A stretch of DNA of 64,000 bases. Origin: Felis catus (taxonomy: Eukaryota). The notes beneath the pieces were generated by a model. That model searched no databases, was not told the DNA's origin, and saw only the letters and a list, made by a program, of their open reading frames with translations. Of this stretch, positions 25,843-39,172 are shown in pieces. Position 1 is the first letter of the stretch; every line of letters begins with the position of its first letter. The position numbers and the translations under genes are program-made. Location: the NCBI RefSeq assembly GCF_018350175.1, contig NC_058368.1, forward strand, positions 75,084,001 through 75,148,000. Direction: 5' to 3'.

Positions 25843-26884
25843 ATTTTGCGTCTTCTTTGGCAATAAATAAAAGTGAGATCGGAAGAATTGTGGGTAACGT
25901 GTAGGAATCTATTGCATTCATTCAAGTGTAAGGACACGGTGGTCAGAATGAAGAAAACACGCCCAGGAGACGCATTTCAAGGCCAACATGGGCAAGATCT
26001 AATGATACGCTAGTCAAGAGAGTGGGGCAAAGAGATAAAATAAATTCAGGTATTGAGACTGCCTGGCTGTGCAGATAACAGTCACAGCCCAAGACGAGGG
26101 ATTTGGACTCTAAGCTCACAGATTCGAGTTGTTCACATGCTCATTCTTATCCGCCATCGGAATGCTAAGTCAGAAGGCCCCTGGAGTCAAGTGAAAGCTG
26201 ACAGAGAGGTCAGACCTTGGGATAAAGTCGGAGCTGTTGGCCTCATGGTGAGTGGCTAATCCATAAGAATAGAAGTTCTCTAAGTAAAGACCGAGGAGAG
26301 AAAATCCTGGAGGACCCACTATATATTCTTAAATACCCAGTTATAGGGAGGAAGACAGGACTATCAGATGTGACAGAGCAGGACGCCTCTGTGGCAGGAA
26401 CTGTGATAAGCACAAGAGTTAAAGCAAAAAAGGCTTCCTCCTCTACCTCTGCTCATGTGTCCGGGGCTGCTGTTTCACAAGCCATTTGGGGATCCTGGGT
26501 GGCAGAAACTCTGCTTCCAGAGTCTCTCTAAGTGGAGCCTCTGTAGCTGGGTTTACATGAGTGAAGGCAATGGCATTTGCGCCATTGGGCATGGCCTCAG
26601 AAAGTGTAATCAAAAGTCATTTTAATGACGGCCCTACTGAAGGCCTTTGCATCAAAGAGCATGCGTTTGACAGAGTGCCTCATTATCTTAAGTGTGTGCC
26701 TATCTATTTGAAGAGGGAACATCCTCTGGACATTATCCGAGTGCACATCCAAAGCAAGTTATTTATACTTTAGTTATGTCTTTGTCAACACATTAGATAT
26801 TTTTGTACTGTGATCTTTTACATGTAGCCGATATTTTAATTTTTCCATTCTCTGCGGGAAAGTACGAGTGTGGCATATTAGAAG

Positions 26885-27005
26885 GCTCATCCTCAGTGTG
26901 AGGTTACTGTCTCCATTACTGATGAGTCTCAGAGGTTAAGTAAACTACCTCTCTCCATTTGTAGGAGGTGGTGAGTGACCACCGATTACTGGATCCCACC
27001 CCCAG
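26885..27005 (-). mobile_element. MIR fragment
   Basis: GTGAGGTTACTGTCTCCATT..GATGAG..CAGAGGTTAAGTAA. Confidence 0.5.
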
Positions 27006-27219
27006 GAAAACTGTAGGGGTACTGGAAGGTTACTGCTCATTCAGATTAGTTACCATTCGGCAGCTAACAACATTTCCCCTGCATTACACAATAGAAAAAG
27101 AAGAGAAAACAGACAAACTAAAAATTAAAAAAAATATATTGTGTCCATCGAGTTGGAAAGAAAAAATAAAATGAGACGTAAGACATGAGGAAATAAGGAG
27201 AGCAAAAAACAAATTGAAA

Positions 27220-27400
27220 GATTTTATTAGGGAATAATATATAGCAATTAGATGCAATGGACTGAATTCATATGTGTCAACATGAATAGATCTCAAAAAC
27301 ACAACGTTGATCAAAAGAAGCGAGATTGGATTTGTGCATCACACCAAGGGTACAAAACTAGGGCAGCCAAGAAGTATTTTGAAAAATATACCAACTTTCA
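27220..27400 (+). mobile_element. Ancient L1 (L1ME-like) 3' fragment
   Basis: GGAATAATATATAGCAATTA..TCAACATGAATAGATCTCAAAAACACAACGTTGA. Confidence 0.6.
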
Positions 27401-27498
27401 AAACAAACCAATAGTATTTGGACAGGAAGGACATATTTTAAGTATTTTAAGGTGTATTTCTGTGGAGAGGAGACAGTAGGATTGGAAATGCAGAAAAA

Positions 27499-27559
27499 GA
27501 ATAGAATGGAATGGAATAGAATAGAATAGAATAGAATAGAATAGAATAGAATAGAATAG
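27499..27559. repeat. (GAATA)n pentanucleotide repeat with two GAATG variants
   Basis: Read directly. Confidence 0.95.
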
Positions 27560-27645
27560 GTGTCCGTATAGACTGTACCATGTAAACTGCAGAATATCAG
27601 CAACTCTGTATTGTACCCTGAGGTCCTCAAGGGAATTGTTGTCCT

Positions 27646-28054
27646 TGTAGAGGCTGGTTGTAGACAACAGGCTTGAGCAGTGGAAACTTGATCAAGTCAA
27701 AATGGCCCACAGCAACCCCCTGGTGAAACAGGCCCATGAGGCAACTCACTGCAAAATATCCATATGCCCTAACTAACCAACGGGATACGTGCAAGCAGGT
27801 ACAGTTACCAAAAATGGAAAATTCCATAGGCCCTCATACTTGTTCCCATTTCCCCTTTAATACATCTCCCACTCATTTCTTCCTTGCAGACAGCTTCCCC
27901 GCTGCCCTGCCCACAACTCCCTTGTGGTATATTCAGTAAACTTCTATCTCCTTTTTTCTGCCTCTTGTGAATTTTTTCAGCACCCAGGCCTCCTGCTTCC
28001 ACCCAATGTTGTCTCACATTTGGGAACCCCCATCTGATCACGAGAGACACCACA
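27646..28054 (+). mobile_element. Probable ERV solo LTR, family unassigned
   Basis: TG...CA ends, TATA-like TTTAATAC near 27856, AGTAAA at 27935-27940, then a pyrimidine-rich U5-like stretch. No clean TSD. Confidence 0.5.
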
Positions 28055-28105
28055 CTCTTCATTTAAGAAACATGAAAACCCTCTTCATTTTACAGTGTTC
28101 TCTAG

Positions 28106-28335
28106 ATTATTTTATTTTATTTTATTTTATTTTATTTTATTTTATTTTATTTTTGAGAGCGACAGTGTGCGAGCAGGGGAGGTTCAGAGAGAGAGAGGGA
28201 GACACAGAATCTGAAGCAGGCTCCAGGCTCTGAGCTGTAGGCACAGAGGCTGACACGGGGCTCGAACTCCGGGACTGTGAATCATGACCTGAACTGAAGT
28301 CAGGTGCTTAACCAACGAAGCCACCCAGGCACCCC
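28106..28335 (-). mobile_element. Felid Can-SINE with an (ATTTT)n tail
   Basis: GAGACACAGAATCTGAAGCAGGCTCCAGG, ending CCACCCAGGCACCCC. Confidence 0.95.
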
Positions 28336-29706
28336 AATAGACTAAAATAGACTAAAATCTATGTTCACACTCTAGAACTCATATAAATTAAAGAAAACAT
28401 ATTCAGATATTTAGGCTTAATTAAAAAAAAATAAGATGTAAATAGTGTGGCTCTCATTAGACTATTTTAGACCATATTTTGCAAAGACTCTCACGAGGCC
28501 AGTAAAATGCTTCTCAAAGAAATTTATTTATAAGAAACAATGTGGTCCCATGATGCAAATGTTTCAGGAGCCACTGATGATCATGGAAAGGGAGGTAAGA
28601 TGCTTCCTGACTAATCGAGCTTTCCTCTACCAGTATACAGACACACAGGGATGCAGGGAAGGCTAAGGAGCCTTTGCCCAGACCTTCAGGTGTCCACCCA
28701 GTGGAGATCCAAAATGGCGGCTGCGTCCAGCCCAGCACGTTTCCTTAGCAGGTGTTATGAAGCACCTGAGAAGACGTGGCATGTTACCTGGTGAGTGGTT
28801 CCCTGACAGCATTCTGCAAACTTATGAGTAAATAAATGGGATTTGTTTATGAAAGCCTTTAACTGCTTTGCCTAGGTTTCACCACTCAGGACTTGACCAT
28901 AACAACAATACTGCCATCTTAAAAGCAATTCAGGCCTGCAGGGTTTTCTCAGGGTCTAAAGCAAACTGAATTCAGATAGAGTGAGGGGATGGGCAGGAGG
29001 TTCCCATTGTAAGGACTGGGCTTCTGTACAGGATTCAAAGTTTCAGGAAGCTCATCTCCTTGTCTGATCTGCGTCTGATCCCCTTTGTTCTCTCTCTTTG
29101 TTCTACCTTCTCCGGGATGATGACGTGCCTACTTTTCTATTGCGTCACCCCAATCTCATTTACCTAAAGACTTTATATTGCTCTTGTTTATATTCCCCAA
29201 TCTTCTTTATTGAACCCACAACTCGAGCCTTGTCATGCTTACAGCATATTTGCTCTCTACGTGCTCTGGGGCATATTACAAATCCTTCCTCAATTGTCTG
29301 ACAACAAAGTGTGCCACACCCAGACTTCCTCTCTTAGTCCAAGCATCTCCCTTGGATTCGGTATATATTGTGTGATGTCAGTTTACAGCGGCTTCGTGTG
29401 CGCTACATGTCTGGATTTGAAAAGACAGACACCTTTTATTTCCATCTATTATATTTCTTTCACATGGTTTGCAACCTGTTTACTGAGTATCGTCCACACT
29501 ATACTGCACTACACTACTCTGCCATGACTTTGAGATACAAGATGTCTAAAGTGTGTGATCTACCCACTGAGACTCTGAACATTTGACCCGCATTTCACTT
29601 AGAGTAAAGCTACAGATTTTGCTTTTTGCCAAAATTGGTTTTTATGCGTTGACCGATGAGGAATCTGTCACAATTTTCTTTCTATGAAAACTCTGGACAT
29701 AATATT

Positions 29707-29918
29707 CCTTTTTTACAAAAAATGTTTATTTATTCATTTCAAGAGAGAAAGAGCACAAGCGAAAGAGTGGCATAGCAAGGGAGAGAGAGAGTCCCAAGCA
29801 GGCTTCATGCTGTCAGCACAGAGCCTGATGTGGGGTTTGATCCCACAAAACATGACATCATGCCCTGAACCGAAATCAAGAGTCCCACGCTCAGCTGAAT
29901 GAGGCACCCAGGTGACCT
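29707..29918 (-). mobile_element. Older Can-SINE
   Basis: TSD TGGACATAATATT at 29694-29706 and 29919-29931. Confidence 0.94.
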
Positions 29919-31471
29919 TGGACATAATATTTCTAAAGATGAAGTCAAATTATGCATCAGTCTTGTTTTTTTTTTGTTGTTTGTTTGTTTGTTTGTTTTA
30001 ATATGCTTCCCAAATGACAATGACAAGTATCTAATTGGCTTTTGGGTAGTTGAAGAGGGAAGCCATAAATATTAGGATGGACCAAGAACTACACTTAACA
30101 TCTTCTGCTTTGCCTGTGGTTTCCCCACATGAACTGAGGTTTCCATCTTGCCAACTCCAACTGCAAATTAATTTAGATTACAATTGACATTTAGGGTCGA
30201 AGAGGGAGAGGGAAAAAAAAAATCAATGGTATGTGAACACTGAAACCATAAATAGTAACAAGTGGAAATCCCAAACCTCAAATGTTTTTGAAGCATTTTG
30301 TAAAATCCTGCAAAAACATATGCAAGATTACAATGTACAAAATAATCACGGAAGGTTGGTATGTGGGGCTTAAACGATGGGACCACAAGGGGAGTTTTTT
30401 TTGTTTGTTTTTTTTTTGTGTGTGTGTGTTTTTTTTTTGTTATTGTTACTCTAATACTTCAAGGTAATTCCTGGCATAGAAAAATATGCATATGTTTAAG
30501 AAACAAGAAAAATGTGCTTATTTTATTAGGCTTAATTATCAGGGAGAACAAAAAGCACTTGGAACTTTTTAAAAATGAATTCATCTCATTCACCAAAACC
30601 AAGAGCCCTGAAATCACTTCTAGATTTAAAAATGCCTTTTTCCCCCTAAGATCAGGGTACCGATTTGATGAATGTTCTCAAGTTAATCACCCATATAGGA
30701 CTTCTTGAACATTACTCTGACATTGAGTGCTGTCTGTGTAACTTAATGTTATAAAACCTGGAAGGCATATTTATAGCCCAATCCAGATGGACCAAAACAA
30801 AGTACAATTATTCCTTCAAAAGCCGACCTTTGCATACAGATTAAAATGGATTGCTTCCAAGTTTCAAATGGAGAAATGGACTCCATTCCCCAATTGTCGC
30901 GCATTCATTATGGCCCTATTCGACTTGGTTTTGGGCAGTGCTAATTAGTGACATGTCTGTATTAAAAGTTGGACTCCCAGCCTGATTTGCAAAGTGGCAG
31001 GAGGAAGAGCTGTTAGAAAACTAATTACAGCTCTTCGAGATTGTGCGATTTTAAATAGGCTGTGGATTAAGTGGTTTCACAGAATCAAATGAAAATGATT
31101 TTACTACTGACAGCGGGCATTCCCATACAAGGATGGCAATGTCTGTGTATTTGGCCATTTCTAGATAAAACTTATGCTATTCTAGTCACCTTGGACAACT
31201 CAAAGGGAAGTTCTAATCTCGATTCCCACCAGGATTGGGATATAGAGAGGAAATGTGTAGCCTCTTTTCCTCTTTCATAATTTTAAAATGAGCAAAGATT
31301 TATTTTAAAAAACCTTAATCTTAAGGACTTTGTGGTACTCATTTTGGTGTGTTTACAGAATCTTGTTTCCTTGTCAATTTCGTTACTATTACTGGGTGCT
31401 ATGAATTCTTTCCAAATGTTAAAAACATAGCTTTTAACTCTCATGAGAAAGACCGTATCCCAACTATTTAT

Positions 31472-31687
31472 TTTTTTTTTCAACGTTTATTTATTTTTTT
31501 TTGGGACAGAGAGAGACAGAGCATGAACGGGGGAGGGGCAGAGAGAGAGGGAGACACAGAATCGGAAGCAGGCTCCAGGCTCTGAGCCATCAGCCCAGAG
31601 CCCGACGCGGGGCTCGAACTCACGGACCGCGAGATCGCGACCTGGCTGAAGTCGGACGTTCAACCGTCTGCGCCACCCAGGCACCCC
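31472..31687 (-). mobile_element. Young SINEC_Fc-type SINE
   Basis: CpG-intact near-consensus copy. TSD CCAACTATTTAT. Confidence 0.97.
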
Positions 31688-33236
31688 CCAACTATTTATA
31701 AAAGTGTTGCCGGGGCTCAGGTAGCTGAAAAGATTGATATCTCCTCTCAGTCGTGGGGCAGCCTGGAGATACCAAGTCACGTTTTTCTGGTGTTGGAATC
31801 TTTTATTAGGTCTAAAACTATTTTTGCCTTGATGAATCTGATTACACAGTCCACCGTCCCCAAAGAGAAGACAGCACAATTTCTAGGAAGCACGATGATG
31901 TTGGGATGTACAATAAATATTGATCCCATTCGTAAGCCAGAACAATCAGGTTGTAGAATATTATTGTAAGCAGACTTTTTGATATCAACTGTTGAGGTGG
32001 GTATGTGATTTTTTTTTTCTGATGACCATTCTTCCACTGTGTTATACAGAATCTCCCTTCATGCTACATAGCAGCTACTTTAACTTCTTATTGACATATT
32101 CCTTAACTTTTCAGCCCCTCTAAGCTAGTAGATCAATCTTTCCTTGGGATTCAAGATCTGCCCTGTTCATTTTACAGGGTCTCCCTTATTCCCCATGGCA
32201 AGCTCTTCCCTTTTTCCACACTATAGTCCAGCATGGTGGTTAATAGTGACCTGGAGGTGAACTGGACTTGGACAAGCTACAAAGCATCTCTTCTTTTTGC
32301 TCTCTTTCAAGGATGGGTTCCATCATGGTAAGGAAAAAGAAATGCAAAGAAGGAGAAACAGTTGGGTATGGTTGGAGTGGCTTCCTTTGTTGGTGAGGCC
32401 TGATACTCCAACATCTCAGCTTATGATCATCTTGAGTCCTGGGGTGGTTCTGATGTATCCAGTCGGGGAGATGCTCATGCCCATGGCATTTTTACCTTCT
32501 TTCACATCTTGTCTTCAAGTTACCTCCTTGCCAGTGACACCAGGACATATTCCTAAAATGTGTAACCATTTCCCATCATGTAACAGAGGTCCATAAAAAT
32601 CAATAGCCCATGATCTCATCTCTTCTAGTTGGCTATATCTGATCTACAGCCATATACAGACTCATGTTCTGGAATTCGGACAAATCAGAAAAATCTGTGG
32701 GTGTGAGTGGCAGAGATTGGGGTGGACAAGGAGGAGAGAGGTGGCAACGGAGAGGCAACAGAGTCCATAGGTGCTGAGAGTTATTGGGTCTCAAGCTCTT
32801 TTCCCCTAATGGTCCCTCGACACCCACCTCCCCTGGTTTTCTTCTCCCTTCTCCCTGGGAAGGGGCAGGACATCTGGTTTCATAACTAAGCAGACATCTA
32901 TCAGATAACACAATGCAAGTTTTCAGTTTTGCTGGTTCTCTACTCTTCGTTTGAGATTTGATGCCCCTTCCACTCACATCCTTGGCTTTGGCGAAAGGTG
33001 AAAAACAAAACCCTCCTCTACTCCCCTAGCAGGCAAAGGCTAGCCTCTTCTTAGCAGTACTTTTAGAGTGACTTTTATCTACTGACTATGGAGAAGCAGG
33101 AGGTGATAGTGTTTGATGTTTCCCACACATCTTTAACTGTTACACAGAGAAAATTCGTTTTCGTAGTCTACTGGATTAGCCGTAGACTAAATGAGGGCTA
33201 AGATTGTTAATGTTGTATTTTTAGCATTATTATTTT

Positions 33237-33450
33237 TTTATTTTTTTAACGTTTATTTATTTTTGAGACAGAGAGAGACAGAGCATGAATGGGGGAGGGG
33301 CAGAGAGCGAGGGAGACACAGAATCGGAAGCAGGCTCCAGGCTCTGAGCCATCAGCCCAGAGCCCGACGCGGGGCTTGAACTCACGGACCGTGAGATTGT
33401 GACCTGAGCCGAAGTCAGACGCTTAAACGACTGAGCCACCCAGGTGCCCC
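33237..33450 (-). mobile_element. Felid Can-SINE
   Basis: TSD TAGCATTATTATTTT at 33222-33236 and 33451-33465. Confidence 0.97.
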
Positions 33451-33581
33451 TAGCATTATTATTTTAATGTATTTTTAAAAATGTAATAGAAGGAAGTTAG
33501 ACGCTTAAACGACTGAGCCACCCAGGTGCCCCTAGCATTATTATTTTAATGTATTTTTAAAAATGTAATAGAAGGAAGTTA
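33417..33581. repeat. Perfect 82-bp tandem duplication covering the SINE head, TSD and flank
   Basis: AGACGCTTAAACGACTGAGCC...GAAGGAAGTT at 33417 and 33499. Confidence 0.96.
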
Positions 33582-33765
33582 CTAAAATTTAGATGTAAGC
33601 ATATTTCACTTTAAATTTATATCCTAAATTAATTCCATAAACATTACTTGAGTTCCTGCTATGTCATGGTTGCTCAGAAGATTCCAGATATGTGGAGATA
33701 ATTAAGAAAAGACCATGCTGTCACGAGTCTCAGAAGCTGAAATTTAAAATATTGTGTTCTTGTGC

Positions 33766-33828
<63 letters not shown>
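33766..33828. repeat. Poly(A) followed by (AT)n
   Basis: Read directly. Confidence 0.96.
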
Positions 33829-33830
<2 letters not shown>

Positions 33831-33906
33831 AGTAATGTTTTAAGGATGAATACAGAAGCATTTTAAATGTTGCATTGTGGTGAGTTATACATAGTACATG
33901 TTACAT

Positions 33907-34053
33907 CAGTGCTTCCCAGATTTTAATATACATTTAAATGATCTGTTGTTAGGTTAAAATAGATTCCAAATCAGTAGGCTTGGGACAGGACCTGAGACTC
34001 TGAATTTCTAAGAATCTTCTGCTGGTCTGTGTAAGATACTTAGAGTAGAAAGA
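33907..34053. mobile_element. MER5A1-like hAT-Charlie DNA transposon relic
   Basis: CAGTGCTTCCCAGATTTTAAT..TCAGTAGGCTTGGG..CCTGAGACTCTGAATTTCTAA..GCTGGTC..GAGTAG. Confidence 0.75.
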
Positions 34054-36714
34054 GCTTAGAAAACCCCATGAATCACATTTCTTATTTACGCTGAAGGGTA
34101 CCTAGGAATCTGTTTGGGTGAATCTTATTCCCCTAACACTGTCACCTACCCTAAAGGAAGAGAATTCTGACAGGGCGTGATTTTAAGACTTCTCATTACT
34201 TACTAAAAAATGAAATATAATAAGCTTAAATGTACAGAGAGGTCAAGTGACTTACACATTATCAGAGAGTATAGTGGCCAAAGTTTCAGGGTTTGCCCTG
34301 ATGACTAGAATCAGCCAGATATTCAGTTGCAAGTCTTGTGTTGCAACCTTTCAGGGGCTGTTAGCTGAAGTGCAGAGAAGTGAACTCACTCCCCCATCCC
34401 GATGATGAATGGCCCAGGAGGTCAGCTGACCATCCATCTGGGGTTGCGAGTCAGACACATTTCCTTGTCTCTAAAGTAACTTGATACGGATGCTGGGAAA
34501 TCAAAATATTGGCATTTGGCCCCATTTAGCGTGAGAGAAACTTAGGGGAGTACTTGATTCTCTTTTATTTTAGTTTTCAATGTTCTTAATCCTGCTCTCC
34601 CCCCATCTTCTTTTTGAGACCTATGAGTTTGGCCCCCCTGAATCTCACCATTCTGATGAATTCAACTCGCCCTTTTAGCATATGCATGAACTCCAGAAAG
34701 CCTACCGGATTCCATCCACTTGGGAGCCAATGTTACAGCAATTGTACATCTCCCCCCTGCTGCTCGTAGGGTCTAAAGTCCAAGCTTGTGGGTGTGTTTA
34801 GCCATTAAAGGATTTTACAATATAGAACAAAAGGATAAAAACTCAATTGCCAGAATAATTTAAGACCTTTTCACACCACTTGAGCTAAATACCCCCATCT
34901 TGCAATGGTAAGTTCTAGGGCAGTTAAATAAAACCTTCGCCTTTTCAGTGTTGGAGGGTATGGAATCCCAGATGATTTCTTTCCCAAAGGAAATCATTTT
35001 AAGGGCCAGGGAAAAGGAGACAACAGAAGTCATACTATGGTCTTGTTACATAAATCAAATATACATTTTTCTGCCCAAACAAAAATTTCAAAATAAATTA
35101 GTGGCTTCCAAAAACGTGTACCACACACTCAAGTTGGGGGGGGGGGGGCAAGGTCGATATTAGTGTGCGTCTTGAATGCTTAGCCTCAGTCCACCTCTAA
35201 AGTATATAACTTTCATCAAACTTCTACCCAGTAACGGCTTCTTTATTGTAGGAACTTTTTTATGGGTTTGAAATGTTTTCTGTATGGTTAGTGATCCTAA
35301 GTCAAACTTCCCTGATTGCCACTTTATGTAAACTATGTGAAGTTTGAACCACTAGTAAATCAAAATTCAATCCCTTTTTATAAGGGTCTGGACACCTCCA
35401 TATTTCAACTTAGTTTAAATCAATCACCTCTCTCAACATTTTGCCTCTCTATAATTTCTAATACCTTTAGCCTTCAACTATGTCCTGGCTGTCATTTCTA
35501 GAACTGACCCTCCCACTCAGTTCTTATCTCTATCTTTCACATTTAAGACTGTTCTGTAAAGTCCATAGTTTATAAAGTTTCATTAAAAAAACAACAACAA
35601 CAACTCTTAAATGCTGTATCAGAACTATTTGTTTTTAAACTATAGCATATTTTCCAAGCAGTTTTCCTCTTGGTTTTGTTTTCATAGCACTTCTGTAGCC
35701 AAAATAATATAATATACAACTTACATTAAAGCATTCACACAGAAATGTTAACATGTATGCAAAAGTTATATATACATTAATGCAAATTTGGAATTGTGCT
35801 CACAGTTCCTAAATTAATAATCTGTCCCAAAGGATACTAAGACCTTGAAATAAGACACATATGACAGGTTCCAAGGAGGCACTCAATAATATATTTGGGG
35901 AGAAGGTTGAGTAAAGAAGAGAAGACAAAGGGTAGATTGTTTACACCATTCTGCTGAGAACTTGTGTGCATGCATGAACAAGTTGAAAAGGTAGTTTGGA
36001 AAGTTTTGGATAAGCGCTTGAATATTTGGAAATTAACTTATCAGTGCTCGCAAATTGTGGAACCTTGTTTCAGAAAAGGGCTTGAAGGCATCTACCTACG
36101 CATTTCCCATTGTCATCCCTGGAACAAAAACTCAGATTTACTTCAGATCAATTCGGTACGTACTGGTACAGTCGTGTGGTTTGGGGCTTACTTTATGAAA
36201 CCAGAAACTTTTCACCTTTAATTACCAGAATTAATCTAAACTTCAAGACTCCAGTATAAAATCCCCACCTGTCCTATAACATACAAATAAGAGACTTCTA
36301 AAGCCATGCACCTGTCAGAAGTTACTTTGATGATAAAATGATAAACTAGACAAAAGAATTTATGCTTCTTCTCGCGAACCTAATGAAGTAATAACAGTTG
36401 TAGACACTAAGATATTAATCTTCTAGAGGGGTGTTGTGGGGTTTTTTTTTTTCCATCCCCTGGATGAATTTTTGAGTATATGAGCCTTTCTGGTTTCAAG
36501 GATTCAAGTTTTTGATGTGCGTGACTGAATCTCATTCCTAAGGTACTTTAAAAGACTAAATACACCGCAATTCAAGAAACAGGTGTGTTTCAAGGTTTCA
36601 AGTGGAGAAAAAGGTGAATTTGAAGTCTTCCTCATTGTCCTAACTCTGCAGGTGACTTACCAACAAACCCCGGAACTTACATACCGAAGAAAGAAAACAG
36701 GCATTTGCATATAT

Positions 36715-37200
36715 TTTTAAATCATTCTATTCATTCATTCATTCATTCATTCATTCATTCCCCTATCTATTCATGTATTCTGTTAGTCATTAATATACTG
36801 CTAGTTATTTTAATAGTCTTAGTCATAAATCATCCTTTGTGTTTCAAGTACTCTGTTGGGTACATACAAAGTGAGGCAAACTTGAATAAGCTCTTACTGC
36901 AAAGAATTTACAGTCACATAATAGCAAGGGGATGTTCTGAGGGCTCAGAACATGGCATCATGCAGCAGGTGGAATTTTAACTAAGTTAGGAGGCATGCGT
37001 AAAAAAGTGACAGGCAGACAGGGAGGAGATGATATTCCCAGGGAACAGCATGATTGCAAATTCGCGATTAAGGTGCAAGTCCCAATTTGAAACTACGGAG
37101 AGGAGATCACGTAGAGGGTTGGAAGAAAAGTACAGTCGGACGGATAGTTGGATAGTTGGAAGTGGTGTGAGGTGAAATTGCGGAGGACAGAGTGGTGGTA
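36715..37200 (-). mobile_element. L2 3' end with a (TTCA)n tail
   Basis: (ATTC)n at about 36722-36760, then TTCCCAGGGAACAGCATG and other L2-like text. Confidence 0.6.
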
Positions 37201-37243
37201 GTTCCTGATATTCTTTCCTTATTTTTTTTCCCCTTTCACTTTC

Positions 37244-37464
37244 TTTTTTTCAATTTTTTTAAATGTTTATTTATTTTTGAGACAGAGAGAAACAGAGCAT
37301 GAACGGGGGAAGGTCAGGGAGAGAGGGAGACACAGAATCCCAAACAGGCTCCAGGCTCGGAGCCGTCGGCACAGAACCCGACGCGGGGATCGAACTCACG
37401 GACTACGAGATCGTGACCTGCACTGAAGTCGGACGCTCAACGGACTGAGCCACCCAGGCGCCCC
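37244..37464 (-). mobile_element. Felid Can-SINE
   Basis: TSD CCCTTTCACTTTC at 37231-37243 and 37470-37482. Confidence 0.96.
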
Positions 37465-38793
37465 ATCTTCCCTTTCACTTTCAATGCCTAATATTTAACC
37501 TCCTCCTCCCTAGGGAAGCAGAAAGTATGGGTGGTAGCTATCAGACAAATTTGGCAGGGAGTGGATGTCACAACTGATCTGGGGTAGTTTGGGAGTCATG
37601 ATGCTCTGAGTGTTTATGCCCAGGTCTCACTTACCGCTTCAAAGACTCTTCTAAGGTACAGCCGGAAACAGTAGCCAGGTAAACATGAAGGCAGTCTTAT
37701 TCAAACTGACATTTCTCTGCACGTCCCTTTGAATGTCAGTCCATCAAGCAAAATCCCTGGGCACTTTTCTTTTCATCTTCTGGATGATGATTATAATCTC
37801 CATCCATACAGTTGGTTGGATCCATGGATTTCCTTTAGAAATCAGTTCTATAATTCTATGACCATTTGTTCATAGTCATTCATCGTGAATATGAAGAGAA
37901 GCGACATTTCTAAGATACTTAATCTGACCTAAATGATATGATTCACTGTTGCATAATGTGGAAAGTGTCATGAAAAAATTTAAAAGATTTTGAAAGGGGT
38001 AAAAATGAACATTAGGTGCCCCGTTTAGCACACCTTTCTACATTAACTCCCCTTTCATGGTCTTTGAACTTCTTAAAACGTTGCATAAATACTGTGTACT
38101 ATATACCGTCAATATATCCGTGCCTAATAGTGATAGTAACGCAAACAATTGTCGTCCATAAAAATGCAAATATTTTCAGGTGGCGATTCAATTGACTATT
38201 GTCTTATGGACATTAACCAATTTATAACTTTACTTCAGCATTTCTCATGACCAATATGTGTTTTTCAAATCCTCCTTTGAACTAGTTCCAACAGCTTACA
38301 GATTATCTCATTAATTAGCTAAATAAACCTTTGCTATGTCTCCATTGTATACTTGTATAAAAGTCATGATTTCATAACGAAACTATTCTTTAACAGAGAT
38401 AAGGGATCTGATCACATATCCTGCGGTCCCAATTTACCTGGCAGATACAATGCACACCCTTCGCACTGCATTCCTCTCTGACGCTACAGTGGAATAAAGG
38501 TCATAGGAGGATTAAGTAGGAGGGCTTATTCTGTTTTCAACAAATAGCATGAAAAACACGTGGATCGTTAACGCATGGGATGAATGCCACCAAATGATTT
38601 GTCAAAATTACAAGACACAACAGCCAACCACCTCACCCAGTGAAATCCAGGATCTGAGTTTGTATCGAATTGCGGTTCAGCATTTCATTTTGCACTCTTC
38701 CTATTTTTCCAAGACAGTAATTTTCAGTATGCCAGAGATGATCTCTTTGAGCGGTACCTTTATCGCAAACTTTTCAAAATAAATTAAACAGCA

Positions 38794-38982
38794 ATTTTTT
38801 AAGTTTAGTTATTTATTTTAAGAGAGAGACAGCAGGGGAGGGGCAGAGAGAGAGAGAGAGGATCCCAAGCAGGCTCAGAACTATCGGGGCAGTGCCCCAC
38901 GTGGGCTCGATCTCACAAACTGGCAGACCTGAGCGGAGATCAAGAGTCGCATGCTTAACCAACTGAGCCACCCAGGTGCCCC
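38794..38982 (-). mobile_element. Can-SINE
   Basis: GATCCCAAGCAGGCTC..CAAGAGTCGCATGCTTAACCAACTGAGCCACCCAGGTGCCCC. Confidence 0.94.
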
Positions 38983-39153
38983 AAGGGCTGTGTTGTTTTT
39001 TTTTTAATTGATAAGTTTCAGGGTAACATAAAAATGATTAAATGCTGAGAGAGAAAGCAGGAGGGAAGAAAAGAGGAGGGAGGGAGGGAAGAAAAGAGGA
39101 GGGAGGGAAGGAAGAAATGGAAAAACCTACTGACCGGTTGCCCGTTTAGGACC

Positions 39154-39172
39154 TGGCCTCCTGGGGGCAGTG
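39154..39172 (+). promoter_or_regulatory. Possible CTCF motif
   Basis: TGGCCTCCTGGGGGCAGTG against the core CCASYAGRKGGCRS. Motif match only. Confidence 0.35.
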
